In this document: positions 49,629-58,673 of the stretch, in pieces
Layout of the letters: the number at the start of each line of letters is the position of its first letter
Numbering within the stretch: the first letter of the stretch is position 1
Source: Gemmatimonadota bacterium
Lineage (GTDB): Bacteria > JBHIER01 > G020348925
Assembly (NCBI GenBank): GCA_020348925.1
Contig: CP070758.1
Location: forward strand, 2,371,688-2,435,687
DNA: 64,000 nucleotides
Direction of reading: 5' to 3'
Program-made: the position numbers and the translations under genes
Notes under the pieces: model-generated
What the model saw: the letters and a program-made list of their open reading frames with translations, nothing else
Told to the model about the DNA's origin: nothing
Databases searched by the model: none

Positions 49629-50138
49629 ATGGCAGTGGATTCCGGTTTGACGTCATTAGAGGTTTTAGGCATCGCGATTCAGTCGGAGATTGAGGCGGCG
49701 AAACTTTACGAGAGGATGGAGAAGAGGGTTCGAAATATCGATCTGAAGGAGAAATTGGAATTCCTCAAGGGAGAGGAGGAGAAGCATCGGTCGATCTTCG
49801 AAGATATCCACCGGAAGAGATATCCGGATGTGGAGCTGAAACTGCCAGAGAAATCGATGGTGCCCATGATGGACGTTGCTCTGACGAAAGAGATGACCCT
49901 TAAAGAGCTTTTCGAAGTGGCCATGAAGGCTGAAAAAATTTCGGAGGAATTTTATACGGATCTGGCGAGAAAATCGAAAGACGCATCCGGTACTTCAATG
50001 CTCAACTATCTCAGCGGTATAGAACGGGGACATTACAATCTTCTCAAGAACGAATATGATATGGTGGTTACGTTTCCGGCCTATGCTGAGACGGAGGAGT
50101 TCTTGATGGGTGAGAGGCTGACGCACGTCGGACCATAG
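49629..50138 (+). CDS. Ferritin-like di-iron protein
   Basis: IQSEIEAAKLY…EEEKH and MKAEKISEEFY…ERGH. RBS AGGAGG. Confidence 0.85.
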   Translation: MAVDSGLTSLEVLGIAIQSEIEAAKLYERMEKRVRNIDLKEKLEFLKGEEEKHRSIFEDIHRKRYPDVELKLPEKSMVPMMDVALTKEMTLKELFEVAMKAEKISEEFYTDLARKSKDASGTSMLNYLSGIERGHYNLLKNEYDMVVTFPAYAETEEFLMGERLTHVGP

Positions 50139-50162
50139 TTGAGAAAGGGGGAACGTCAGAAA

Positions 50163-50825
50163 ATGGCATTTCTTCAGGATAAAGACAAAAAGGTTATTCA
50201 GGATCGGCTTAAGGATCTGGTCGATCCTGTGAAATTGATCAATTTCACCCAGGAGTTGGAGTGCCAGTTCTGCCGGGAGACGAGGCAGCTTGTGACCGAG
50301 CTCGCTGCGCTGTCGGACAAGTTGGAATTGGAGGTCTACAATTTTCAGATCGACAAAGAGAAAGCGGACCAGTATAAGGTCGACAAGGTCCCGGCCATAG
50401 TGATCGAAGGGGCGAAGGACTATGGTGTGAGGTATTACGGGATACCCTCCGGATACGAGTTCGCATCTCTTCTGGAAACAATCCTGGCAATATCGCAGGG
50501 TGCATCGGGCCTGTCCGAGGAGAGCAAGGAAAAACTCCGTACGCTCGATCAAGAACTTCATATACAGGTCTTTGTCACACCCACCTGACCGTACTGTCCC
50601 TCGGCCGTAGTTACGGCTCACAAGCTGGCCATTGAAAGTGATTTCATTGTGGCTGATATGGTGGAAAGTACTGAATTTCCCCAACTGGCCATCAGATACA
50701 ATGTGCGCGGTGTCCCTCGGATTGTCGTCAACGAGGAGACTCAGATTGAAGGCGCTTTGACGGAGCAAAACTTTGTGGACGAGATCCTGAAGGCCGCGCG
50801 GAAGAAGACTTCAAAAGAACAATAG
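50163..50825 (+). CDS. Protein disulfide oxidoreductase (AhpF-N/PDO family), selenoprotein with UPYC motif
   Basis: First Trx fold has CQFC. In-frame TGA at 50586-50588 occupies the first Cys position of VFVTPT-[C]PYC. The frame then continues 78 codons (…YNVRGVPRIVVNE…EGAL.EQNFVDEIL) to TAG 50823-50825. Confidence 0.9.
50603..50618 (+). promoter_or_regulatory. Putative bacterial SECIS hairpin for the PDO UGA
   Basis: GGCCGT-AGTT-ACGGCT stem-loop starting 14 nt after the TGA, with G in the loop. Confidence 0.7.
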
Positions 50826-50857
50826 AGGAAAGGTATCACAGAGAGGTGAAAAGCAAA

Positions 50858-51022
50858 ATGAACTTCGTGGTCGTATTGGTAATTTTTCTGGCGTATGTGT
50901 TTCTCATGGGGTACGTTCTCCCCAAATTGGGCGTTTCTACCTGAATATCAAATGTCTGCAGCGTTTCGGGGGAACGCGAAAATAAGACCGATGATGAGAG
51001 AACATCACCGAACTTAGAGTAA
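50858..51022 (+). CDS. Small membrane-anchored putative selenoprotein (54 aa, UxxxxC)
   Basis: RBS GAGAGGTG and ATG 50858. Sequence MNFVVVLVIFLAYVFLMGYVLPKLGVST-TGA(50942)-ISNVCSVSGERENKTDDERTSPNLE-TAA. The read-through product fills the gap exactly up to the rubrerythrin RBS. Confidence 0.65.
50961..50977 (+). promoter_or_regulatory. Putative bacterial SECIS hairpin for the small-protein UGA
   Basis: GCGTTTC-GGG-GGAACGC stem-loop 16 nt after the TGA, with a G-rich loop. Confidence 0.55.
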
Positions 51023-51036
51023 GAGGAGGTTTCGTT

Positions 51037-51540
51037 GTGAAGAAAATGACGGAGCAAAATCTGAGAGCTGCTTTTGCGGGAGAAAGTCAGGCCCACATGC
51101 GGTATCAGATTTTTGCCGATAAGGCGGAAGAGGAAAGAAAGCCAAATGTGGCTCGGCTCTTCCGGGCCATCTCCTTCGCCGAGCGGGTTCATGACACGAA
51201 CCACTTCAAGACCTTCGGCGATCTGGCCAACACGGCCTCCAATCTCCAGATGGCTATAGACGGAGAGACTTTTGAGGTCGATGAGATGTATCCGGCCTAC
51301 GACGCTGTGGCCACATTGCAGAATGAGAAGGGGGCCGAATCGAGCATTCGCTTCGCTTTGGAGGCAGAGAAGATCCACGCGGCCATGTATCAAACGGCCA
51401 AGCAGGCCGTGGCAGCGGGCCAGGACGTGGATCTCGGCGCGGTTCAGATATGTGGAGTATGCGGCTACTCGACTGAGGGGAATGCCCCGGACACATGTCC
51501 GATCTGTGGTGCTCCGAAGGGGAAGTTTCGCAGTTTCTGA
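51037..51540 (+). CDS. rbr: Rubrerythrin
   Basis: TEQNLRAAFAGESQA, AERVH, GETFE..EMYP and AEKIH. C-terminal rubredoxin CGVCGY…CPICG. Confidence 0.95.
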   Translation: MKKMTEQNLRAAFAGESQAHMRYQIFADKAEEERKPNVARLFRAISFAERVHDTNHFKTFGDLANTASNLQMAIDGETFEVDEMYPAYDAVATLQNEKGAESSIRFALEAEKIHAAMYQTAKQAVAAGQDVDLGAVQICGVCGYSTEGNAPDTCPICGAPKGKFRSF

Positions 51541-51618
51541 GAAAGAAATCTCAACCTCTTGGGGCTCCGTCAGAGAACCGAACCAAAAGATGATGCCCAA
51601 CGATCCGCTTTTTGAAGG

Positions 51619-53010
51619 GTGCAATCCATCGTGAGAACGTCCACATCGATCGCTGTTTTTTTTCTCGGGGCCGTCTCCCTTGCCCCGGTATTTGCCCAGG
51701 AGAGCGCGAGGGAAACGTATCCCTTTTTCCCGTCGTTGATCAATACTTCGTCTGGAAACCCGGTGGCCTCGAAACGATTTATGGACCCGGCACTATGTCA
51801 GGGTTGTCACGGAGAGATCTTCGATCAATGGCAGGGATCGATGCATTCCTTTGCCTTTCCCGATCCGGTATTCCAGGCTCTGTGGAGACTGGCCTCTGAG
51901 GAGACGGGAGGTCTGACGGACATCCTCTGTGCCGGGTGCCACACGGCCATCGGCACGGTGAGCGAAGAGGTGGTCTTTGAGGGTGGCGAGTTTCGGGTCA
52001 GCGAGATCGCGCGAAAGGGGGTTCAGTGCGATCTGTGCCACAGTATCAGCGCCTCCAGCTTTTTGAAGACGCCCACGCATTTGCCGCAAAATGCCTCCAT
52101 CATTGTCGATCCCGGAGTGGTGAAGCGGGGTCCTTACGATGACTCTGTGTCCCCTTTTCATGAATGCGCCTATTCAGAATTGCACACAACGTCAGAATTT
52201 TGTGGGAATTGTCACAATGTTTTCCATCCGGTGACGAATTTCCACATTGAAAACACTTACAGTGAATGGAAATTTTCCGTGTATGCCCAGAAAGGTATTC
52301 AGTGTCAGGATTGCCACATGATGCCGGTGGAGAAAGCCATCGAAGTGGCTCGGACGCTCGAAAAGCCGAAAAATCCTGGGAAGGCTTCCATCATGGGACC
52401 GGAGCGGGATCAGGTCTATACCCATGAATTTGTTGGAGCAAATTATACGGTCACCTCACTCCTTGGCTCGGATCGGCATGCAGAGATTGCCCGGGAACGG
52501 TTGAAGGGCGCAGCGGAAGTTGAAATTCTTGCGCCGGAGTCAGCGCAAAAGGGAGGTTTGGTCACAGTCAAGGTGAAAGTGACCAATGTGGGGGCAGGTC
52601 ACAATTTGCCGACGAGCTTGACGGAAGTGCGACAGATGTGGCTGGATGTCTCGGTTAAGGATGCTTCAGGAGTCGAAATATTCAGGTCCGGGGCTTTGGA
52701 CGCTGCAGGAAATATCGACGAGGAAGCTGTGATATTCAATGCCCACGCAGTCACTCAGGATGGGCATCATACTGTGAGGCCCTGGGAGATTGCGCGGTTC
52801 GAGTACAATCGCACCATTCCCCCCAAGGGTTCGGCCAGGGAAAAATACAGCTTCCTAGTCCCCCACAACGCCCATGGACCATTGGCAGTTGAAGCTACCC
52901 TGCGATATCGCTCATATCCTCAATCGATGGCGGACATGTTGTTGGGGGATGAGGCGCCGGTGTTGCCGGTTGTGGACATGGCTCGAAAAGAGGTGCAGAT
53001 CGTCATCTGA
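51619..53010 (+). CDS. Periplasmic multiheme cytochrome c (c554-like, 5 CxxCH) with C-terminal beta domain
   Basis: Signal peptide (VFA-Q). Heme motifs CQGCH, CAGCH, CDLCH, CGNCH and CQDCH, plus WQGSMH and GAGHNLPT. Confidence 0.88.
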   Translation: MQSIVRTSTSIAVFFLGAVSLAPVFAQESARETYPFFPSLINTSSGNPVASKRFMDPALCQGCHGEIFDQWQGSMHSFAFPDPVFQALWRLASEETGGLTDILCAGCHTAIGTVSEEVVFEGGEFRVSEIARKGVQCDLCHSISASSFLKTPTHLPQNASIIVDPGVVKRGPYDDSVSPFHECAYSELHTTSEFCGNCHNVFHPVTNFHIENTYSEWKFSVYAQKGIQCQDCHMMPVEKAIEVARTLEKPKNPGKASIMGPERDQVYTHEFVGANYTVTSLLGSDRHAEIARERLKGAAEVEILAPESAQKGGLVTVKVKVTNVGAGHNLPTSLTEVRQMWLDVSVKDASGVEIFRSGALDAAGNIDEEAVIFNAHAVTQDGHHTVRPWEIARFEYNRTIPPKGSAREKYSFLVPHNAHGPLAVEATLRYRSYPQSMADMLLGDEAPVLPVVDMARKEVQIVI

Positions 53011-53062
53011 TAGGGTCAGGTAGTCAGAGACTGATAAACAGCCTGGGAGACCACTTTTGCTC

Positions 53063-53091
53063 TTGACACGAAAGGAATTTGTTCCTACATT
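53063..53091 (+). promoter_or_regulatory. Sigma70 promoter upstream of katA
   Basis: TTGACA-N17-TACATT. Confidence 0.7.
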
Positions 53092-53510
53092 ATTTCCGAT
53101 CCCATGCAATTCATTCCCGCCAGGTGGGTGATTCAAATGAACCTGAAGAGACAGCGCCGTATGCTTCAACGTTGTAAAGTGTTTGACATGGAGACGGGGT
53201 ATTGTCGGATGAAGGGAGGCTTCTCCAAACAGGAGAGTCCACACCTCAGGGCTGACAACCCTGCGAAATGACGCTGAAACGTACCATTGTTTTGGGACGC
53301 GACATATGGGTGACGAGGGGAACGGACACATCGTTTTGAGATCGTCGTCCACTGTCACTTGTTCACGGAAGCGGTAATCAATCGTGACATGACAGGTTCC
53401 TGTAAAGTGTGTCGCACCCGGAACAATGTGTATCCCTGGCAGGGGCAGAGGGAACCTTCACATCATGAAGCGGAGAGATGTTCCATTGATGTGAAAAAAG
53501 GAGGGTTCAC

Positions 53511-55022
53511 ATGGCAAAGAAGAAAAAAAATCTGACGACCGCTTTTGGAATTCCGGTGGGTGATGACCAGAACAGCCAAACCGCCGGTGACCGAGGGCCG
53601 GTTCTGATGCAGGACGTTCACCTGCTGGAGAAGCTGGCCCATTTCGACCGAGAGCGCATCCCGGAACGCGTGGTGCATGCCAAGGGTGCTGGTGCGGGCG
53701 GTTATTTCGAGGTGACCGCCGACGTGACAAAGTATACCAAGGCCAAGTTCTTTTCCGACATCGGCAAGCGCACGGAGATCTTCGCCCGCTTTTCAACGGT
53801 GGGTGGAGAGAAGGGTTCTGCGGATGCCGCGCGCGATCCCAGGGGGTTCGCCGTCAAGTTTTATACCGAGGAGGGCAACTACGACTTTGTGGGCAACAAC
53901 ACGCCGGTGTTCTTCATTCGTGACCCGCTCAAGTTCCCCGACTTCATCCACACCCAGAAGCGGCACCCGGCCACAAATCTCCCGGATCCGGATATGTTCT
54001 GGGATTTTCTGTCCCTCACCCCGGAATCGATCCACCAGGTGACCATCCTCTTCTCCGACCGGGGGACGCCTGCCACCTACCGCCACATGAACGGCTACTC
54101 CAGTCACACGTTCAAGTGGTACAACAAGAAAGGAGAGTCCTTCTGGGTCCAGTATCATTTCAAGACCGACCAGGGTATCAAGAACCTTACCCGGGAGGAG
54201 GCGACGCGCATCTCAGGGGAGGATCCGAATAACGCCACCCGGGACCTGTACGAGGCCATCGAGCGGGGCGAGTATCCCTCCTGGACACTCGAAATGCAGA
54301 TCATGACGCAGGAGCAGGCAAAAGACTACCGTTTCGACATTTTTGACATCACTAAGGTCTGGCCTCATGGAGACGTTCCGCCCATCAAAGTGGGTCGTCT
54401 GGTACTGAATCGCAATCCGGTCAATTACTTCGCAGAAGTGGAGCAAGCCGCCTTCTGTCCGGGGAATCTGGTGCCGGGCATCGCCGCCTCGCCGGATAAG
54501 ATGCTTCAGGCCCGGCTCTTCTCCTATCACGACACTCACATCCACCGTCTGGGACCCAACTATCACCTGCTTCCTGTGAACGCGCCCAAGAACGCGCCGG
54601 AGAGCAGTTACCAGCGTGACGGCTTCATGCGGACCGACGTCAACGGCGGCGGCGGACCCAATTACTGGCCGAATAGCTTCGGGGGACCGGAACCAGACCC
54701 GGGTGCTCTGGAACCACCCTTCGAGGTCTCCGGACATGCGGCCCGTCATCCTTACACCCATCCCAACGACGATTTCGTCCAGGCCGGGGATCTGTATCAC
54801 AAGGTGATGACGGACGAGGATCGCGATCACCTTGTAGGCAACATTGTGGATCACCTGGGTGGAGCGCAGAGGCGCATTCAAGTGCGTCAGACAGCCCTCT
54901 TCCATAAGGCCGACCCCGATTACGGTCGCCGCGTGGCCGAGGGATTGGGCCTGGACGTGAAGGAGGTCGAGCGTCTGGCCGAAATGTCCCAGGAGGACCG
55001 GGCTGAAACAACATCACAATAA
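53511..55022 (+). CDS. katA: Monofunctional heme catalase
   Basis: [40 protein letters not shown] and proximal RLFSYHDTH. Confidence 0.97.
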   Translation: MAKKKKNLTTAFGIPVGDDQNSQTAGDRGPVLMQDVHLLEKLAHFDRERIPERVVHAKGAGAGGYFEVTADVTKYTKAKFFSDIGKRTEIFARFSTVGGEKGSADAARDPRGFAVKFYTEEGNYDFVGNNTPVFFIRDPLKFPDFIHTQKRHPATNLPDPDMFWDFLSLTPESIHQVTILFSDRGTPATYRHMNGYSSHTFKWYNKKGESFWVQYHFKTDQGIKNLTREEATRISGEDPNNATRDLYEAIERGEYPSWTLEMQIMTQEQAKDYRFDIFDITKVWPHGDVPPIKVGRLVLNRNPVNYFAEVEQAAFCPGNLVPGIAASPDKMLQARLFSYHDTHIHRLGPNYHLLPVNAPKNAPESSYQRDGFMRTDVNGGGGPNYWPNSFGGPEPDPGALEPPFEVSGHAARHPYTHPNDDFVQAGDLYHKVMTDEDRDHLVGNIVDHLGGAQRRIQVRQTALFHKADPDYGRRVAEGLGLDVKEVERLAEMSQEDRAETTSQ

Positions 55023-55047
55023 GATTGATGTGGAAAGGAGGTTTGTT

Positions 55048-55566
55048 ATGTTGAGTAAAAAGATGGTGAAGGCGCTGAACGAACAGATCAATAAGGAGAT
55101 CTATTCGGCCTATCTGTACATGTCGATGTCGTCCTATAGCGACTCAATCGGATTGAAGGGCTTTGCCAACTGGTTCATGGTCCAGTACCAGGAAGAGATG
55201 GAGCACGCCATGCGGTTCTACAATTACGTTCAGGAACAGGGTGAACAGGTAACGCTGATGGCTATCGACCAACCTGAAACGAAGTTTGCATCGCCGTTGG
55301 CCTTGTTTGAAAAGACTCTGGAGCATGAGAAGTACGTCACCAAACGGATCAACACATTGGTTGATCAGGCCATGAAGGAGAACGATCATGCCACCCGGAT
55401 TTTCCTCCAGTGGTTCGTGACCGAGCAGGTCGAAGAAGAAGCCAATGCCTCGGATATCATTGGGAAGTTGAAGCTTGTGGGGAAGGACAGCAGTGGCTTG
55501 TTGATGGTGGACCAGGAGTTGGCTGCGAGGACGTTCACGCCCTCATTGGGGAAGGGGGAGGAGTGA
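55048..55566 (+). CDS. ftnA: Non-heme ferritin
   Basis: LNEQINKEIYSAYLY, EEMEHA, EHEKYVT and FLQWFVTEQVEEE. Confidence 0.95.
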   Translation: MLSKKMVKALNEQINKEIYSAYLYMSMSSYSDSIGLKGFANWFMVQYQEEMEHAMRFYNYVQEQGEQVTLMAIDQPETKFASPLALFEKTLEHEKYVTKRINTLVDQAMKENDHATRIFLQWFVTEQVEEEANASDIIGKLKLVGKDSSGLLMVDQELAARTFTPSLGKGEE

Positions 55567-55622
55567 GGCGTCACTGCTCGTAAACTGAAATTCATGAATT
55601 CTACATTTTGAGGAGGTGTCCA

Positions 55623-55988
55623 ATGGCGAAATTTGGGGATATTCTCAATCCTCCTGAGAAAGAGGGGAAAGAGAAGCACGTGCCGGTGATCGAGGCTCCG
55701 TCTTCTGTGAAGGCAGGAGAGGCGTTTGATGTGACCGTCGTTGTCGGAAAGGAAGTGGCCCATCCCAACACCATCGAGCACCATATCAAGTGGATTCAAA
55801 TCTACGCTTCCATTGAAGGGCGGCCGAACAACCCTGTTCACGTCGCCACATTTGACGTCGGGCCCACTTTTGGAGATCCGAAAGTGACGTTTCCCATGAA
55901 ACTTGAAAACAGCGCCAGCATCTTTGCCTTAGAGTACTGCAACATTCATGGTGTATGGGAGAACTCAGTCGACATAACAGTTGAATGA
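55623..55988 (+). CDS. sor: Superoxide reductase, 1Fe class (neelaredoxin)
   Basis: EKHVP, HPNTIEHHIKWI and YCNIHGVWE. No N-terminal desulforedoxin domain. Confidence 0.93.
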   Translation: MAKFGDILNPPEKEGKEKHVPVIEAPSSVKAGEAFDVTVVVGKEVAHPNTIEHHIKWIQIYASIEGRPNNPVHVATFDVGPTFGDPKVTFPMKLENSASIFALEYCNIHGVWENSVDITVE

Positions 55989-56079
55989 GTCAGGTAACGG
56001 AGCGAAGAATTTTCGTGACGGTGTATCGAACTGACGGTTGGGAGCGGAACGCGCGACACACGGAAAGGAGAAACGAAGC

Positions 56080-56382
56080 ATGGCGGAGGAGGCAGTAAAG
56101 GTATCTCCAGAGGTATGCGCCTGGGTTGATGAGGACCATACAAAGATACATCTTGAGATATCTCTTCCAGGTGTGAAGAAAAAGGATATAAAGCTCAAGA
56201 TGCATGAGGACAGTTTTAACCTCACTGCACCAAGAACGGATTTCGAGTATGTTACCGCTTTGTCCTTCTGTTGCCCGGTAAGACCGGAAAAAGCGGAGGC
56301 GAGGTATGAGGACGGTCTTCTCAAAATTGAAATTCCGTTCAAGGATCCCATGGAGGATGTTGTCGAAATAGCAGTGACGTGA
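56080..56382 (+). CDS. Small Hsp20/alpha-crystallin family protein
   Basis: EISLPGVKKKDI and A.YEDGLLKIEIP. RBS AAGGAG. Confidence 0.85.
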   Translation: MAEEAVKVSPEVCAWVDEDHTKIHLEISLPGVKKKDIKLKMHEDSFNLTAPRTDFEYVTALSFCCPVRPEKAEARYEDGLLKIEIPFKDPMEDVVEIAVT

Positions 56383-56431
56383 GAGGGTGTCGATCGGTGA
56401 GATGATCTTCAGGTAGCAAAAGGCGAAAGGC

Positions 56432-57193
56432 ATGGAAAACAATGTTGGCCTGGCCTTACTACTCACGGCTGTGGCAGGCCTTTCCACGACCATCGGAAGC
56501 GGACTGGGCTTAATTTTTCGAGAACCTGAGCGGCGCTTCATGGGGTTCACGTTGGGCTTCTCAGCAGGCGTAATGATCCTGGTCTCCTTTGTTGAATTGC
56601 TTCAGGGTAGCATCGAATCGATTGGATTTCTGTTCGCACATATGGGGTTCATCCTCGGGATGGGGGGATTCTTTCTTATCGATTTTATTGTGCCCCACGA
56701 TTACATCGGCCAGCACGATCATCCTCAGGGTCAGTCCGGTGACCGATTCATGCGGATTGGTTTGCTGGTCGCAGTAGGGATCGGGATCCATAACTTTCCT
56801 GAAGGCATGGCCACTTTTACCGGTGCTCTCAAGGACATACGATTGGGAATTGCTCTTGCCGTGGCCATTGCCATACACAACATTCCCGAAGGGCTGGCAG
56901 TATCGGTTCCAGTCTATGCGGCCACCGGCAGCCGTAAAAAAGCGTTTCTCTGGTCCTTTTTATCCGGAGTGAGCGAGCCGGCGGGAGCGGCGTTGGCCGC
57001 ACTTGTTCTCCTACCAATTTTGACGCCAATCCTCTTGGGTTGGATTCTTGCGGGTGTCGCAGGCGTAATGGTGGCGATATCACTCGATGAGCTTATGCCG
57101 GCGGCCAAATCATTCGATACCGAGCATATTCCGATCCTTGGTGTCATTGTTGGCATGTCCGTAATGGCACTCAGCCTTTGGATGTTGAAGTGA
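56432..57193 (+). CDS. zupT: ZIP family metal transporter
   Basis: GFSAGVMI.VSF, IHNFPEG, IAIHNIPEGLAVS and SGVSEP. Confidence 0.92.
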   Translation: MENNVGLALLLTAVAGLSTTIGSGLGLIFREPERRFMGFTLGFSAGVMILVSFVELLQGSIESIGFLFAHMGFILGMGGFFLIDFIVPHDYIGQHDHPQGQSGDRFMRIGLLVAVGIGIHNFPEGMATFTGALKDIRLGIALAVAIAIHNIPEGLAVSVPVYAATGSRKKAFLWSFLSGVSEPAGAALAALVLLPILTPILLGWILAGVAGVMVAISLDELMPAAKSFDTEHIPILGVIVGMSVMALSLWMLK

Positions 57194-57312
57194 AAACTGA
57201 AATACGGTCAAGGCACAAACAGAACGCACCATTCTGTTGAAGAGGAGGTGAAATCGTTGAGAGTAGAACTCCTGTAAGGCAGGGGTGACGCTCCTTCAAG
57301 GAGAACTTTCGA

Positions 57313-58083
57313 ATGAAGCGATATGTGCTGTTGTTATCGGTTTGGATCCTGGGAATAACTTTTTCTCTCGATGCCTGGGCTGCAGGTTTTAAAGTTTACG
57401 GATATAAGACTCGGAAACAGGGGGAAATCGAGCTCGTCTATTTCAACAACTTTTTTGCCAAGAGCGATCTGATGCAGTCGTTCTTCGGGAAAACAGTGGA
57501 GAAGAAAGGGCATCTTTCGCATTCCCTCGAGATCGAATACGGTTTTACGAATCGGTGGACTGTATCGGCCTATGTGGATTTCGAGCAACCGGAGGGTCAG
57601 GGAATACGGTATACCCGCATGCGAAGTGTCTTCTTCAGATATCGTTTTTTCGAGAAGGGGGATCGCTTCCTCGATGCGGCGATATACTGTGAGTACTATC
57701 TTCCCAGGAAGAGGTACAAAAATGAAGAAGAGCTGGAAATCAAGCTGATCCTGGAGAAAGAGACCGGTCCGTTCACAATCGACCTCAATCCATCGGTCGA
57801 GAAAGCAACGAGTGGACCGGAGATAGGGGAGGGGCTCAAATTCAACTATGCATCAGGTGTCTATCACAATCTCTCACCGAAGGTGCGGGCCGGATTGGAA
57901 TTTTACGGCAAAATCGGTGAGCTGGGTGCACCGGAAGAGATGCGTCGGCAACGTCACTGGATCTTCCCGGCGCTGAAGGTAAAACTTCCGAAGCGAATCG
58001 GTTGGGATATTGGTGCCGGTTTCGGATTGACCGAGGCAAGTGATGATGTCGTCCTAAAGAGCATTACCTCAATCGTGTTTTAG
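57313..58083 (+). CDS. Putative outer-membrane beta-barrel protein
   Basis: Signal peptide (AWA-A), alternating aromatic beta-strand pattern (EIEYGFTNRW, AGLEFYG, DIGAGFGLT) and C-terminal Phe. Confidence 0.65.
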   Translation: MKRYVLLLSVWILGITFSLDAWAAGFKVYGYKTRKQGEIELVYFNNFFAKSDLMQSFFGKTVEKKGHLSHSLEIEYGFTNRWTVSAYVDFEQPEGQGIRYTRMRSVFFRYRFFEKGDRFLDAAIYCEYYLPRKRYKNEEELEIKLILEKETGPFTIDLNPSVEKATSGPEIGEGLKFNYASGVYHNLSPKVRAGLEFYGKIGELGAPEEMRRQRHWIFPALKVKLPKRIGWDIGAGFGLTEASDDVVLKSITSIVF

Positions 58084-58158
58084 CGGGAATGTCGTCTGAT
58101 GCTTGGTTCGGTTTCTGCTCGTTCTTGAAAAGGTGTTTTTGACAACGAGGAGGTGTGT

Positions 58159-58632
58159 ATGTCTCATCATTATCCGAAAGTGGGCGAAAAGGCCCCGGAT
58201 TTTGAACTCCCCGCCGTTGGGGACAAGAGGGTCAGATTGAGCAATTTCGCAGGGGAAAAAAACGTGATTCTCTCGTTCCATCCTCTGGCCTGGACCGGAC
58301 TCTGCGCCGCCCAGATGCAGGATCTTGAAAAGAATATTGAGAAGTGGATTGAGACGGATACAGTTGCCCTGGGTGTCAGTGTCGACAGTATTCCGACAAA
58401 GGATGCCTGGGCAGATTCGCTGGGGGTGACGCACGTTGAATTCCTCTCGGATTTTGAACCAAAGGGGGAGGTTGCTCAGATGTACGGCGTCTATCGCGAG
58501 AATGGTTTTAGCGAACGGGCCATTTTCGTCATCGACCGGGAAGGGACCATACGTTTTGCCAAAGTGTATCCGATCAAGGAGAAACCCGACCTGTCGGAGA
58601 TCTTTCCGGTTTTAGAAACTCGGAAATCATAG
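58159..58632 (+). CDS. Peroxiredoxin (AhpE/BCP-like)
   Basis: VGEKAPDFEL, PxxxTxxC motif HPLAWTGLC, GVSVDS, LSDF and ERAIFVID. Confidence 0.92.
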   Translation: MSHHYPKVGEKAPDFELPAVGDKRVRLSNFAGEKNVILSFHPLAWTGLCAAQMQDLEKNIEKWIETDTVALGVSVDSIPTKDAWADSLGVTHVEFLSDFEPKGEVAQMYGVYRENGFSERAIFVIDREGTIRFAKVYPIKEKPDLSEIFPVLETRKS

Positions 58633-58673
58633 ATTCGCCTTGGGGAATCATGTAACAGACAAGGAACAGTGAC

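Noticed and set aside
50139-50588. 149-aa ORF as listed in the track (truncated thioredoxin or pseudogene)
   Set aside because: The TGA aligns with the catalytic Cys, and the frame continues with a SECIS-like hairpin. It is better explained as Sec recoding.
50836-51624. 262-aa minus-strand ORF
   Set aside because: It is the antisense shadow of rubrerythrin and the small Sec gene, with no recognisable motifs.
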